From Phyllosticta citribraziliensis (lineage: Eukaryota): a DNA stretch of 64,000 nt. The DNA lies in NCBI RefSeq assembly GCF_038025025.1, contig NW_027117342.1, forward strand, positions 930,001 to 994,000, read 5' to 3'. Below are positions 25,568-38,900 of this stretch, one piece after another; positions within the stretch are counted from its first letter, which is position 1; the number at the start of each line of letters is the position of its first letter. The notes under the pieces were generated by a model. The model worked only from the letters and a program-made list of their open reading frames with translations. It did no database searches and was not told the DNA's origin. The position numbers and the translations under genes were made by a program.

Positions 25568-25855
25568 AGCACCTCCATGACGGGTTGAAGGTAAGGTGCG
25601 GATGGCCGTTGGACGCAGGACGTCAGGCAAGTCGAATTTTTGAAACTTTTAGCTAGTCCATCTTTCTCAATTAAAAGCTTGTCTTCTCCAATCTTTCTTC
25701 CACGCTGAGACCATTGCGCGCGAACCAAGTGTGAGTAGTGAACAGTTGTATCCCGACAGGCTTCGTTGATGATCATGATACGCGTACCATATCTATGCAT
25801 ATTGACCTGGTGCAGAAGCGTAAGCGCAACGTGGGTATCCAACTCAACAACATTC

Positions 25856-27340
25856 TTAAACAAGCACCCTTCGAAGCGCTTCCGTCCCGCCCAAAATCCT
25901 CCGGCCCGTGACCGCATCTCGTCCCTTCCCATCCTCCCATTTGCCCTCTCTACTACCTTCTTCCTCCGCCCATCCCGGACCAACGCCATCGTCCACCTCG
26001 GTTCCGTCGTCACCAACAAACAGCCGGTTGCCCTCCATGAAGGCGGCCTGGCGCTCGTGGGCGCCGTCGACCCAGCGGTGGATGCAGACGTAGCAGTACA
26101 CGAAGCCAGAGGGGCTAGCGGTGGGGTTCTCCACAGGGGACAGGCAGATGGGGCAGAGTGAGGTGTTTGCCGGGGCCGGGACGGTCAGGATGGGCAGGAA
26201 TGTCGTGGCGCTGATTGGCGGAGAGGGTTTGGCTGGGGCCGCCGACTTGTCTTTGAGGGCGGACTTGGTGGGAGAAGTCTTTGACGGGGACGGTTGCCGT
26301 TGCGCCTGCTCTTGTGGCTTGGGTTTCGGTAGTCCGGTGATGACCGGTGGTGGTAGTTCCAGCTCTGCTGCTGTCTGTCGTGACAGCTGCCGGGCGAAGT
26401 CCGACGCGTGCCACCATTCGAGGAATTTGAGGGCGAAGATGGAGGTCGGCAGGAGAATGCGCAACGAGCTGAGCGCGCGATTCGACACAGTCTGTGCGAG
26501 CACGCGAGGGTGGAAGATGCTGTTCTGCTGACCCGGCCGTCCTGGCCTCGATGGCGCAGCTTTTGGCTGTGTTGCAAGCTCGATTGCCCGATGATCGGCG
26601 GCATTCAGACGTCGTATCCGCGACCCAATGAGCCACAAGAACGGGCTGTGGTATTTTGAACCGTCGAACAGGTATGCCAGGTTCCAGGCCAGCAGCGCAA
26701 AGTAGTATGCCGCGCTCACGCTGGGATACACTTTCCGCAAGAACCACTTGTAGTAAAACATTATCCGCTCTTTGAAGCTCGCCCCGGGTTGCAGGATTTC
26801 CCGGTCTTGTGTAAACGAAGGCCCGCCTTGGAGCACATTCGCGTGTGCGGCGTGAATATCCCAGCCTTCGTCCAGCTTCCTCTTCAGCCACGGCAGGCCG
26901 ACCATGACGGCCAAGTTTCGCCAGACATCGGAGTCGCGAAGCTTCAAGGTTTCGCGGACGGCATCGGCAGCTCCAATCTGGGCGCGCGGGACCTCGCCGC
27001 CCTTGACGCGCAGCACGCGTTCGCGTTTAAGGCCGTAGAAGTTCTCGGTGAAGCCGCCGCCATACGTTCGCAGGAAGTGGCGCTCGACCAGGAAGGAAAC
27101 CAACGCGTATACTTCATCGAAAGAATTGAGGATCGGTAGAAGGTAGCGGGGGTGTCGGTGGGTCGCGATGGCGAGCAGGTAGCGGAGAGATGGAGGAAGA
27201 AGTGCCGCAAGCTGTTGCTCAGATAAGAGCTCTAGATAGCCGTTAGCATACACACAATGTGCTGTGAGAAGGACGGGCGAACCGAACAGCGATGGCTTCA
27301 GTTCGTCGAAGCCATCCTGGGCGCTTGACTGGTATTCCAT
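25856..27340 (-). CDS. PEX12: Peroxin 12 (RING-type peroxisomal import factor); exons 27340-27283, 27231-25856
   Basis: KPSLF|ELLSEQQL..PSLRYLL, FTENFYGLKR, IFALKFLEWW and degenerate RING CPIC..NPTASPSGFVYCYVCI; 51-nt intron 27282-27232 (GTTCGC..GCTAAC..TAG). Confidence 0.95.
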   Translation of the reverse strand: MEYQSSAQDGFDELKPSLFGSPVLLTAHCVYANGYLELLSEQQLAALLPPSLRYLLAIATHRHPRYLLPILNSFDEVYALVSFLVERHFLRTYGGGFTENFYGLKRERVLRVKGGEVPRAQIGAADAVRETLKLRDSDVWRNLAVMVGLPWLKRKLDEGWDIHAAHANVLQGGPSFTQDREILQPGASFKERIMFYYKWFLRKVYPSVSAAYYFALLAWNLAYLFDGSKYHSPFLWLIGSRIRRLNAADHRAIELATQPKAAPSRPGRPGQQNSIFHPRVLAQTVSNRALSSLRILLPTSIFALKFLEWWHASDFARQLSRQTAAELELPPPVITGLPKPKPQEQAQRQPSPSKTSPTKSALKDKSAAPAKPSPPISATTFLPILTVPAPANTSLCPICLSPVENPTASPSGFVYCYVCIHRWVDGAHERQAAFMEGNRLFVGDDGTEVDDGVGPGWAEEEGSREGKWEDGKGRDAVTGRRILGGTEALRRVLV

Positions 27341-27644
27341 GGCAGCTGCTGCTCATAGCTGCTGTGTTGTGCGACAAACCAGTGCGGTGACAAACGCAGT
27401 ATTCGGAGGTTGGGTTGCGAAAGCCGAGGCTCGACTACTGTCATTCGGCGAATGACGTGTGACGAGAGAGTCAAAAGTCGTGGCCGCAGCACCTGTCACC
27501 ACACGGCGCGTTTAATGGAGGTCTTGACATGAATTTTGAAAAATTTCCCTTTCCTATTGCAAAAGACTGAATAATCGCTCAGAGTGCTACCATTCCTGAA
27601 GTTCTCAAATTTCCACCTTTCCCGAATTTCGTTTCTCAAAGCAT

Positions 27645-28876
27645 CTAAGCAATCTTGATGGCGAGCTTGCCAAAGTGCTTCTGCTCCCACATGTACTGGT
27701 AAGCCTCCTTGGTCTGCTCCAGGGTGAAGACCTTCTCGTCAACAATGGGGTGGAGGTTGCGCGTCTCGATGGCGCGGTTCATATCCTCAAACTGCGCGCG
27801 GCTGCCAACCAACAGGCCACGGACCGTAGCGATGTTGCCGAGGATCTCCAAGAAGCCGGGCTGCTTCTCGCCGGGACCAGCGAGGAAGCCGATGATACTG
27901 ACGAGACCGTCGATGCGGACGGACGCAAGAGACTGCTCCGCGGTGAGCGGGCCGCCGACTTCAATGACGTGGTCAACACCGCGGCCACCCGTCAGCTTCT
28001 TTGCCGTCTCGCCCCACTTCGGGTCCTCCTTGTAGTTGATGACATGGTCGGCACCGAGGGCCTTGAGCTTGTCGGCCTTGGCCTTGGAAGAGGTGGTTGC
28101 AATGACGCGAGCGCCAGCTGCCTTTGCGAACTACATCAAGCAAGTCAGCCTTTTCCCACAAAATTGAGTCGTCAAGTATTTCAAAGCTGAGCGTACCTGG
28201 ACAGCAAACATCGAGACACCACCAGTGCCTTGAGTAATAACCCAGTCACCGGTCTTGAGCTGCTTAGTCTCGACGCCGTAGAGAGCGTTCCATGCCGTCA
28301 GAGCGGCACAAGGCAGCGTCGCAGCTTCGAGGTAGCTCAGGTTTTGAGGAATGAGTACGAGTCCCTCCTGGTCAAAGGTACCATACTCGCGAAGGGCGCC
28401 ATCGATGACACCACCGAGACCGCTCTGCACGGATCTGTTGTCAAGCGATCCAGCCATGTGCTGCTGGTTGAAAAGCGTAGCGACCTTGTCGCCAACCTTG
28501 AAGCGGTCCACGCGGGGACCCACGGCGACAACCTCACCAGCACCATCTGAAGCTGGAACGACGCCGGTCCTCTGGGCGAACGGGTACATGCCCTGGAGTC
28601 TCGAATTAGAAGCCGAATTTGCAGTGGTGGAAAAGCTGCTTACCCTTGGGATGATCAGGTCGCGGTAGTTGAGGGAAGCAGCGTGGACTTTTTTCAAGCA
28701 GCAAAGTCAGTCATGCTTCGGAGCAAAATTTCTGAGATTTGGCACTCACGCTTGACCAAAACATCCTTGTCTCCAACCTTGGGAACAGGGGCGCTGTTGT
28801 TAAGCTCGAGGGCGTTGAAGTCCTTGGAGCCCTCGAGGTTGACCCTCCATTCCTTGTGAGTAGCAGGGGGAGACAT
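27645..28876 (-). CDS. MDR-superfamily NAD(P)H oxidoreductase (quinone-reductase-like 'zinc-binding ADH' family); exons 28876-28750, 28687-28644, 28592-28197, 28130-27645
   Basis: HAASLNYRD, PASDGAGEVVAVG, EAATLPCAALTAWNAL, QGTGGVS nucleotide-binding loop, HFGKLAI; three canonical introns. Confidence 0.93.
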
Positions 28877-30201
28877 TCTTTTGGTGCGGGGTTAAGCTTG
28901 AGGAGCAGAAGTAGATGGTAGTTGAATGTGTGGGCTGGAGGGATATCCGGAATGAATTGGACGCAAGAGATGTTTTCAGCGGACGACAGCAGTCTCTTTA
29001 TAGGTGATGAGATCAGTTTCAGAATTCAATTGAGGTTATGGGAAAGGAGAAAGATTAATCAGCTCGTCTGGTGGTAGCTCTTGCGATGAGGCCATGAGCG
29101 ACGTGACGTAACATCCGCGGGGTTGGAAGGCGGGACCAGCGGATGCACCGTGTCCACCTTGACACTCAGATCTTCACCACCATCTTCGACACGCTTCTCA
29201 ACTTCAGTCTTGCCGTAGTCAAACTCGACTCGTAGCAAGTTTGGATTATTGATTACACTTTGGTTGGACTTTCGCGTTTACTGATCTCTCGCGCATTCCA
29301 GGCAGCAGAAACGACGTTTCTTGATCAAGAAAAATTGTACAGATTGGTATCAAGTTCGACTGCGACAAAAGGAGCTATGACAGCGATGAGCTGAAGCTGT
29401 CATCATTCCGACCCAATCAGGCAATTCTACGGCTGATGAGCAAAGACATTCGGCGTAATGGACCGCGAACGTCATGGCATATTCGACCACCATGGTACAA
29501 GCGCTGAAGTAGTGCCTAAGGAAAAAAGTCGGATGATGCGTGCCAATCCCTCCCTCCACTCGGGTAGTCCAACGGCCGATTAAGTCAGCAGCTTCCTTAT
29601 TCTGATGTCGTGTTCACTAATCGCATTGTTGCACGTATAAAGGCACCATTTGTCCTATCTGCATTACCACATGCGGCAACGTATCCGCTGTACTGCGGAT
29701 GACAAATACCCGTTGCTTATGCATTTCGGGAAACAAGGGGCCATATGGGGCAATAGTAGCGAGACTCTCTTTAGAGCTTCAACGCTCTGGTTAGATTGAT
29801 CTAGACAAGCTCCGGGGCTGGCCAGCTTTGGATCCGTTCTCTGGTCCAGCTGCGTCCCATCGCATAGCTTCTACAATTCTAACCTGCGGACATGGCATTT
29901 TTGAATTCCCGAACGTCCGGGGCAGTTCGCTGCCGACTAAAACAGGAACGACGTGGGCTGGTATCGGGTCCATCGTGAAAAGATTGCCTCTTGGGTGAGC
30001 TACTGTCGTGTCTCTGTCGGAGCCCTAAGCCCCTATCCACATCTTTTTCCATCCCCTTTTCCCCATTAGCCTCCGCTGTACATGGGAAGTACACCCAACA
30101 GTTCACCTACGCCCAAAAGCCACCACATGGTATGCCAGGAGTTACAAATCTTGTCTTTGAAGTACACAGTGACGTTCAAGAGCCGAACACGGGTGTGCCC
30201 A

Positions 30202-32681
30202 TCACAGATCCGAAATCTCGATACCCGCCGACGAATCACTCAGACTAGGCGGGCGATCCTCCGCAGCGCGTCCCCACTCGCTTTCCTTGTCGCCGAGCGT
30301 CAGGACCAACTCGCCACCGTCCAGTAAGAACTCGTGACCAATCCAGTTCTTGGTGTACGGCTGGCCGTTCAACGTCGCGTTTTGGATGTAGATGTTTTTG
30401 TAATCAGTGTCGAAGTTGATGGAGCGAATAGTGGCGGTATTATTGGTCAGGGGGCTGGTGACGCTGGCGGATGGGAAGTACGGCGGGATGATGAGGTAGA
30501 CGTTTTGGCCCGGGTTGGGGAAGAGACCGAGCATGTTGAAGGCAGTGAAGGATCCCATGGCGCCACTCTGCGAGGTGTTAGCTGGTGAAGTGGCAATGAA
30601 TCAAGCAATAGACCCACGTCGTCATTTCCAGGAAGCCCACTCTGGGATGTGTTGAAGCGCGATGGAATGTAAAAGTGGGAACGATTGGCAGAAAGGCCTG
30701 GACGTCCTGCGTAATGGTATTCAAACACACTCAAGAAGACTGGCTCGTTGCCTATCTCAACCAGAGGCGAGTTATGAAAGTAATCCAGACGTTCGGCAAA
30801 CGCTTGATCTCCACCGAGAAGTTTTATCAACCTCGAGGTATCGTGAGGGACAAAGCTGAGGATACCTGTCAGTTTTCCATGACTAGAGTTGATTGCCCCC
30901 AAAAGCGCTTACAAGAGGTACTCCCACACGCTTGACTCGAACGTCTCCGAGGGGTTCGACGTCAATGAGCAGAAATTGGCAACAGGACTGCAAGCCACTG
31001 GGTCTTGGAAGCCCCAAGTTCCATTCAGGTACTTGGGCTGGAAGAAGCCGACAAAGCCCGTGTCCGTCCCATTGATGAAAGAAGTCTGGTCGGCCTTGAA
31101 TAAGTTCTGCCAATTGTCCGACCGCGAGAAGTATGTCTCGTAACCGTCTTTTCCCAGCGCGCGTCCAAGGTGCCCGATGCAAAAGTCGTTGTAAGAGTAC
31201 TCAAAAGTTCGAGATATGCTTCTCGAGTTGGTGCCAAATCCGAGATAATCGTAATCCAGCGCAGGGATGTAGTTTAGTCGCTTCCAGCTCTGCAGTCCAC
31301 CCCGTCCTTCTTTGGACCACTCTAGTGGCTCGTTTTCTGCATCATTGAGCATGGCTTTGTAGGCAAGGTCCCAGTCGATTCCAGTCATGTTCTTCACGTA
31401 TGCGTCCGTAAGGACGACATCTGCATTGGAGCCTCCTTGAGTCCAACCCTTGCTCAGACTCATCCGACAGTCGGGCAACCAGCCTTCATTCTGATAGGTG
31501 TAGAGCAGACTTCTGGCCATACTTGGGATGATCATTGGGTCGATGACGCTGAGAAAGGGGAGCTGTGATCTGAATTGGTCCCACAGGCAATAAAAGGAGT
31601 CCCAGTACTCCGGGCTTTCCCACCGAGGATTCTCGCCGGTGTAGTTCTGAGGGGAAATCATAGTCCGGTAGATGGAGCTCCAGAAATTTTTCTGTAGATC
31701 TTGGCTGACGTTACCTACAGTCAGGGATATCGGACTCAACTTTGCCCTCCACGTGTCCTCAGCTTCGCTTCTCAGACGCGGAAAGTCGTTGATCAAGTCG
31801 GGAATCTCCGATTCGGCGTTTTGGCAGGCTCTGTCAGCACTGATGAAGCTCATGCCTTGTCTCACGGCAATCTTGCCATCCACCGGCCGGTCGAATCGGA
31901 CAAAGCCACCGGCCGAGAGATAGAACAGGTTGAAACCTCTTGTCACGAAGAGATCCTTGGGTTCCGTGCCAGACCTGTTGTTGACGTACATGCCGCTGTC
32001 GTAGACATTTCCACCGGCAAAATCTGCGCAAAAATGCAACTGGTACGTTCCAGCTCCAAAACTGGGCAAGAAGGTACCGTTGCCTTTGATCCTCCCAGTG
32101 GATGGATCGATACTGATGCTGGCGTTTTGGCGGCTACTCCACTGGTCGTCGAGGTCAAGGACAATTTGAGGATTGAGCGCTGATCCATTGCTAGCAGTAG
32201 CTTCTGGGAACGTAAAGTGATACAACGCCGTGTGTTCAGCGACAACCATTTCAGCGGTGATGTTGGTTTGCAACTGCAAAGCGAAATAGCCCGGTCTCGC
32301 AACGACAGACTCGGGCTTGTACGGTGTAGCGCGAGCCGATTTGGGATACTTGCAGTCGTCGATGTCGTTTTCGGGACAATACTGGGGGAACAATGGAAAA
32401 TTGGCCAAAGATGGATTGCCTCCTGTCCCAGAGTCGTGCATGCTGCTGAATCCAATCACATTACTGCCATCGGTAGAGAAACCGCCCGTGTTCTGGCCGT
32501 CGACATCCGCAACGGCCTTGGCCATCGAGTAGGGAAGTGTTGCGCCACTGAATACGTTGCCGCCATTGTTGGATCCAATCAACGGGTCGATAAAGTCGAG
32601 GACATCAAAGCTGGTGTTTTGCGCAAAAGCCATGTCTCTGAGGGCAAGAAGGACCAATAGCGATGAAAGCATGCTTGGCAT
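30202..32681 (-). CDS. Secreted glycoside hydrolase family 92 alpha-1,2-mannosidase; exons 32681-30913, 30855-30618, 30567-30202
   Basis: Signal peptide, FIDPLIGS..GGNVFSGATLPYSM, SMHDSGTGG, LWDQFRS, GWLPDCR, TQGGSNAD, SRTFEYSYNDF, GNEP, GLPGNDD|SGAMGS. Confidence 0.95.
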
Positions 32682-33448
32682 GTCGCAAGCTCTGGATCTT
32701 TTCAGGGTATGTATTGCAGAGGGCAAATTAAGACACGGGATCCGAAAGGGCCTGAAATAGAAGAACTCCGTCCCTGAGATCAATTTGTCTCTAGGTTGGA
32801 AATGCTCAAAAAAGCGAACATGTCATGAACGGTCGATGTAGCTGCTCCGAACCCTAGGGAGACTGCAAAAGAGGCGAGGAGAATGGCAAGCCAAAAGTTT
32901 GCGCCAAATCCTTGGAGCGATCTAAATAGGCCTGCAGCGGGAGCAGGGCAGCGGTCCGCATATGGTTGTTGGAGGGACGGAACCATGCTGTGTCTTGTCG
33001 CCTTCCCGTTTTGCAGTAGTTTGGCTGCGGGGAAGGCCACCACTCGAATGGCATCCATGCAGCCTATACTGTACCACAAGGTTCTCAACTGGACGACGAC
33101 GACGAGATCTGGGCGACAAGGACGAGATGTTGTGGTTACCGTCGTGGGACAAAGCGTTGGAGGTTGATCTGCGTCTTGCACAACCCAACCAACCCCTGTA
33201 CCACGGCTTCAGCGACAATTTCTTCTTCAAACCCGCGATTCTAGAAGGAATAATTTACTAAGCCACGGCACTAACAAAGCCCGAAGTTGCGAAGAGACTG
33301 ACAAACTCGCTGTCTCACTGGCATGCCGAAGGAAGTTGGTATGATTGGAATTTGTCCGCTGGGGTTCTTCTGAACTCTTTGAATTTTACACTTATCCATA
33401 TCGACGTCGTTTCTCATCCATCTTATTCGCGGTCCTTTGTGACGGCTT

Positions 33449-35032
33449 TCATTTCGCACCCAGATTGATGATGGCCATTACAATCGCTCCAGTGAGCACC
33501 GCACCAGCTGCGGCGCCTTGGAGAGCAGCAGTCGTCACGTCGATCTTGCGGACGGAAACGATCTTTTCGCTGAAAAGTTCATGTACCCGATGCTTGCAGT
33601 CTTCCACGAATATCTCCACCCTCTCGGGCAAAGACTCCGGGGAAGCGCGCGTGCGAGGAATGGAAGAGCCTCCTGAAGGAATCGCCTCAGGGATCGGCAC
33701 GGTAGTCTCAGGCCCAGATGGATCTACAGAGACTGTAAATGTTCCACGCTCTGGATCTTGGACTGGTTCCAAATGCTTAGGTTCCAATGGCTTCGGCTCT
33801 GTATCCTCAATCCTAACTCCAGTAGGCTCGACAACGCTGTCAATGTCTTTTTCCACCGTGGGATTCGCAGGGTTCGAGGTAACAGCCGCATTACTGGCGT
33901 GGCCAGAGGTCGGTTCCGTTGCTGCCGTCGAAGCTGGTACTGCGGCAACTGGGACGGGACTCGTCATGGTCCTTTCATCCAGAGCAGTCTTAATCTCCCG
34001 GACGAGCCTTCTTCTACGCCAGGGCTCGATCACTACGAGCTGACTGAGTAGCAGCAGTATGTTGACACCCATCAAGCCAAAGGTAACCCAGGTACTGTTG
34101 CGGCGAATCGTGTCGCTCCAAATCTGCTCCTCGTGGTATTGAGCACGCTCGCGCTTCTCGAGGTGCGCCCGAGCTTCCTCCAGAGCGCGGTCTGCCGATT
34201 GGACTGATTCCTTTGCATTGCGGACTGCTTGCTCGTTCAAATGTTCAGACCGAATGAGTGACATGTACCTTTCCAGGTCGCTAGCTGACCACGAATGTTT
34301 TCGTTCCAAAAGTCCGACGACTTCCTTTTGGGATGCCGTTTGCTGGGCCAGGGCCGTTTCTAGTTGGCTTTTGGCCGCGTCGACCTGCGCACGGCGCGCC
34401 TTTACCAGACGCTCTGGGTGGAAGTCAGCCCCTTGCTATTCACCTTGGCTTGTTGGAGCAAGCTAACCTTGCTGCTGGATCTCGCGCCTCAAGGCCTCAA
34501 TTCCCGAGTAGTCTGTGCCGGTGAAGCTGTTGACCTTTTGTCCCACAAGGATAAGCTTGGGGAGCATCTCGTCCATCCATGCTGATAGCCTCTTGTAAAT
34601 TTCCCATCGTAAACCTTGCCGATGCGAAGGTAGTTGTTCGTCTGGAACCTTTTGCACAGGTTCAGGCTCTGGTGTGGGCGGGGCTTTGGAGCTCTCCTCT
34701 GTTGACGAGGAGACTGCGGACGGTTCGCGGGGTACAGGCTCAGCAGCTTCCGGTCGTGCCTCTTCAGTCGGTGATTTCCGGGTCTCAGGATCAGGTTGAG
34801 ATAATGCCGGCTTGTCTTGTAGTGCTCTTGGAGTGGAAGATATTCTCCTGAGTTGCTGTGACACATTCGACGGCCTGTTTGTTTTGGAAGGGCGGGAGAT
34901 GGTGCGGAACTGAGACTGGAAACATGGTTTCGATTTTCGAGGAATTGAGGCGGCGCTGGGGCGGGCGGCGCAAAAGGTCAGCGCTGTGCAGTCGGAGAGC
35001 GTGCGAGCGGCATGTTGGAAAACCGGTCGCAT
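33449..35032 (-). CDS. SHE9: She9/Mdm33 mitochondrial inner-membrane protein; exons 35032-34468, 34413-33449
   Basis: TGTDYSGIEALR, SQKEVVGLLERKHSWSASDLERYMSLIRSEH, QYHEEQIWSDTIRRNSTWVTFGLMGVN, EPWRRRRLV; intron 34467-34414 (GTTAGC..GCTGAC..CAG). Confidence 0.95.
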
Positions 35033-35392
35033 GTCTTCATCCAGGCGGCGGTGGACGCGTCGAGAGATTGGGGACGGGAGTTTGACGTGCGAATGGCGGG
35101 ACGGAGCTCCTCCAAGCAACAGCCCTGGGCTGGTCGGCGCCCGCAGTCGGACAAAAGAGGTCAGAATATTGATGACCGGCGTCTCCACCAACGGCGCCCG
35201 CACGCCCTGGCCATGACATAATTCGACCCCACGTTGACATCGGCCAAGAATGAGTAAGCAAAGTGTGAGATGGATTGTCTGAGTCGGCTAGTAGGCCGCT
35301 ACGAACTAGTTTGTAGGTGCACCAAGGCGCTAATCCAGGCGCTAATCCCACCTGCCATAATCCCTCCTGCCGCTGTAACACCTGTGCAGCAC

Positions 35393-35930
35393 TCAGTAAA
35401 TGCCCACTTCGTGCGAACAGAAAAGCTGGCTGACAATTACCTAGAGCTTATCATCCATGTCTTTAAATACACAATTCTTTATATAGTTCTTAACTTTATC
35501 TATATAGGCGACCGTAATAGTCAATGCCTTTATAAACTAGTTATTAGCAGCATTATAGTATCCTTTAGTAAAGGGGTAATAGCTATAGATATAGTTAATA
35601 TTATTATAGAGCTTAGTAATAAATCCCTTACTTATGCCTCTCTACTCATTTTTAATACTTTTAATTATAGCTACTATATACTACTACTTCTTCCTAATAG
35701 TAGTAATCTTCTCCTTAAAATTTAATACTTATTAGAATTAAATCTCCTTTATTATAAGAGGGTCCTATACCTAAACTGCCTTATTAGACTCTTCTAAAGT
35801 ATAAGTCTATATAGAGATGCTATACTTTTTAAGGAAGGCTAATAGGTCTAGTTTCTTCTATTTTTTATATTAGTATAGTAAGGATCTAAATAGCCTTTAG
35901 ATATAATAATTATATATCTTTCCTAAGTCT
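35393..35930 (-). pseudogene. RIP-damaged gene relic at the block edge, unknown family
   Basis: Minus frame ...FKEKITTIRKK**YIVAII...KNCVFKDMDDKL*VIVSQLFCSHEVIY-like end with TGA at 35393-35395; internal stops are TAG, as expected from RIP of CAG/TGG. 5' limit approximate. Confidence 0.4.
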
Positions 35931-38900
35931 ATTATATAGAAATCTTAGTTGGTCGACCAGATAAGCAGGTTAGATTAGGGGGCAGTTATAGTATAGTAGA
36001 GAGGCTAGGGAGTAGAGGAGTTATAGGTATAAGATTATATAAATAGTAGGGGTAGGTTTAGTACCTTAGCTTATACTTACTTCCTATTCTATACTAGTAC
36101 CCTTACTAGATAACGTTTATATACTAGTAGTAGTAGATAGGTACTATATATTACTCTCCCTAGTATATTATGCCTCTCTTTAATGCCGCTATATGCACTA
36201 TTAGCTAGCACTTTATTTATATACTTCTTAACTCTACTGCTTACTTCTTATTCTTAGACTTTAACGCGCTTAGTCTACTTATAAGCTATAGTAGTTTCTT
36301 AATTAGCTTAGTCTATCCTATAGATAGATCTACTACTAAGTAATTTAGAAGATTATATAGCATCCTTAATAATACTACCTGCTAGATAGAAGTACGCCTA
36401 TAGTCTACTAATACTGCCTATAAGTATATAACTTAGGCAAACTATAAGTTATAGCATATTAGTATCCTTTTACTACTACCTTTCTTAATAAATTAGTTTT
36501 AGTGCATCCTTATTCTAACTTTTAGGTATTAGAGCTAATAATGTCTACTAGAGGAGCTTATACTACTATTCTATCTATATATACCTTACTACTTATACTA
36601 ATAAATAGAGTTACCTATAGCATGCTACCTTCTAACTTCTTAAGCTTTATTATACTAAGATGGTAGAGGATGCATCAGCTATAGTAGTAAGAAAGAAAGC
36701 TTAAGTAAAAGAGATATTTAACTTCTTAGAAAGGAAAATAATCCTAAAGTAAGGATACTAGCTTAGAATATTAGCACTTACTATTAGAGCTAATAAGCTT
36801 CTTTACATCCTATAGTAATAGCAAGCCTAACTTAAGCCACTCTATAATAATCTAGTTAATAAAGTTATAATAATTATTAATCACCTCTACTACTATACAA
36901 TTTAGCCTAGAGATAAGATAGCTAATATAGTTATTAATACTCTAATAGAAGCTCTATATAAGGCCATATTAAATAAGTAAGGTTATAATAAACTATAGGG
37001 GTTTAAATGCTTCTACTATACTATCTTATACTATATATTATAGAAGTATAGAGAAGCCCTATAAACTCTCTTATAAAGGGTTTATATATCTACTATAGAC
37101 TTTAAATACTCAGATATTATTAGCCTTAAACTACTAGAAATCTTTAATAATAACTATAATCTACTCTAAGAGGGGATTAATTATAAGGAGCGCGCATAGT
37201 ACTAGTTTAATATTTTAGCTAAGCTTATAGCTATCTAGCTCTAGTATTAGGAACGCATTAAAGAGTCGTAGATAATATATATAGTAGAGATAGATATATA
37301 TAAGGTTAAAGTATAGTTAAGTAAGGGTCTAAAGATATAGTCTCTAGAGGAAGAGTAGATTTATAAAAGACTTAAGTCTATAAGGGTGCTCTACTTAATA
37401 TAAGCTTAGGAGGATATAGATAGTCTTATTATTATATAGTTAATAATATATATCTAATAGCTTATAGACTTCTAGAACGCAGGCCCTAATATTAACTTTA
37501 ATAACCTTAAAAAGATAGTAACCCTATAGAAGGAAAGACTATTATACTAAAGGCTTAATAATATATCTAATAAAGTCTTTACTAAGGGAAGTAGCAGCCT
37601 AGGACAGGTTTCTTAATTATATAGATAGCTTCTAATTTAATGCTATTCTAAGATCCTTCTTATAGGCAGTTTTAGTATTAGTAAAGATAGAGTAGATTAT
37701 ATAAGTAGGTTAGTAGTTCTACGTTCCTATTAAGTCCTTACCAGCTAAGTATTATAACATTCGCTATTTAAGCTGTTTAAATCCATTCTATTAAGGACCG
37801 GCTAGGGTTATATAGTAATATAGTAATATAGTATAGGTATTAATATAGCTTTAAGATATAGCATAGTACTACTACTTTTAAATAGTAGGCAGCCTATATA
37901 TAGTATTCTATAGTAGAGCCAGCCTAGTAATAGGCCAGCCTATATAACTACCAACCTATTTTAGGTAAGGTAGCTGCGCCTTTAATACCTACATCCTAGA
38001 TAGAACATCGTGCCCTAATATTATCTTACTTAATACCTATAGTGTTCCTTATATCTATAACTTACTATACGTATTTACTGCTATATTAGCTTTATAACTT
38101 AAAGAAGACCCTTAGGTTGCCTTTATTATATATAGCCTTATTACTAACTTTATAAGGAGGTAACTACTACTTTAATACTAGACTCTAAAACTTACCCTCT
38201 ACTTATAAACCCTCTTAGCCCGCCGTAAAACCTCTAACTAATATAATACTAGAGCTTTACTACCTTAACATCCTTAGCTTAAGATTAGAGTAATTTTCTA
38301 CGCCCTAAAAATACTCTCTTATAATATATAGAGCCTACTTAGAACCTGGCTATTATAAGCTTAGTTCTTAGACCAAGACTTAGTTCTATTATGCTAGGTA
38401 TATACGCGTTATAGGAGTTAAATGCGATACTAATACTATCTATATAGGAGTAAAGTCTAGATAGATCTATAAAACTTTAACTAATATAGATGCCTTATCC
38501 CTTACTAATAAAGGCCTAGACTATTTAACTAGCTAAATAAAGCCATCCTCTATAGTTATAAGATAGAGTTTTTTATATATATAATAACTTTTAAGCTAAG
38601 GCTGATCCACCCTCTACCTAGTATAATTATTATACTAAAGGGCATATATAAAGGGCGTCTATATAGAGCTCTAGGAGATTAGTATTTAACCTGTAGCTAT
38701 ATCTATTATTATATCTATATAGATATTTATATAACTATTACTAATACTATATAGCTAACTAAGGTATCCCTATAGATCTACTATTACCTCTACTACCTTA
38801 GGTAGTAGTATAATATCTTAATAGATAGGTCTACTATAACTAAAGTACCTAAGGACTAGTTAGTATATTATAAACTATACTAATTATAAAAGATAATAGG

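Noticed and set aside
17920..32681. P450 + MDR oxidoreductase + GH92 as a secondary-metabolite cluster
   Set aside because: No PKS/NRPS/terpene synthase, transporter or cluster regulator, and the genes are interspersed with PEX12 and unrelated hypothetical genes.
35270..35725. 151-aa hydrophobic plus-strand ORF at the AT boundary
   Set aside because: The I/L/Y/N-rich composition is what RIP produces; it is the antisense shadow of the minus-strand relic, not a credible membrane protein.
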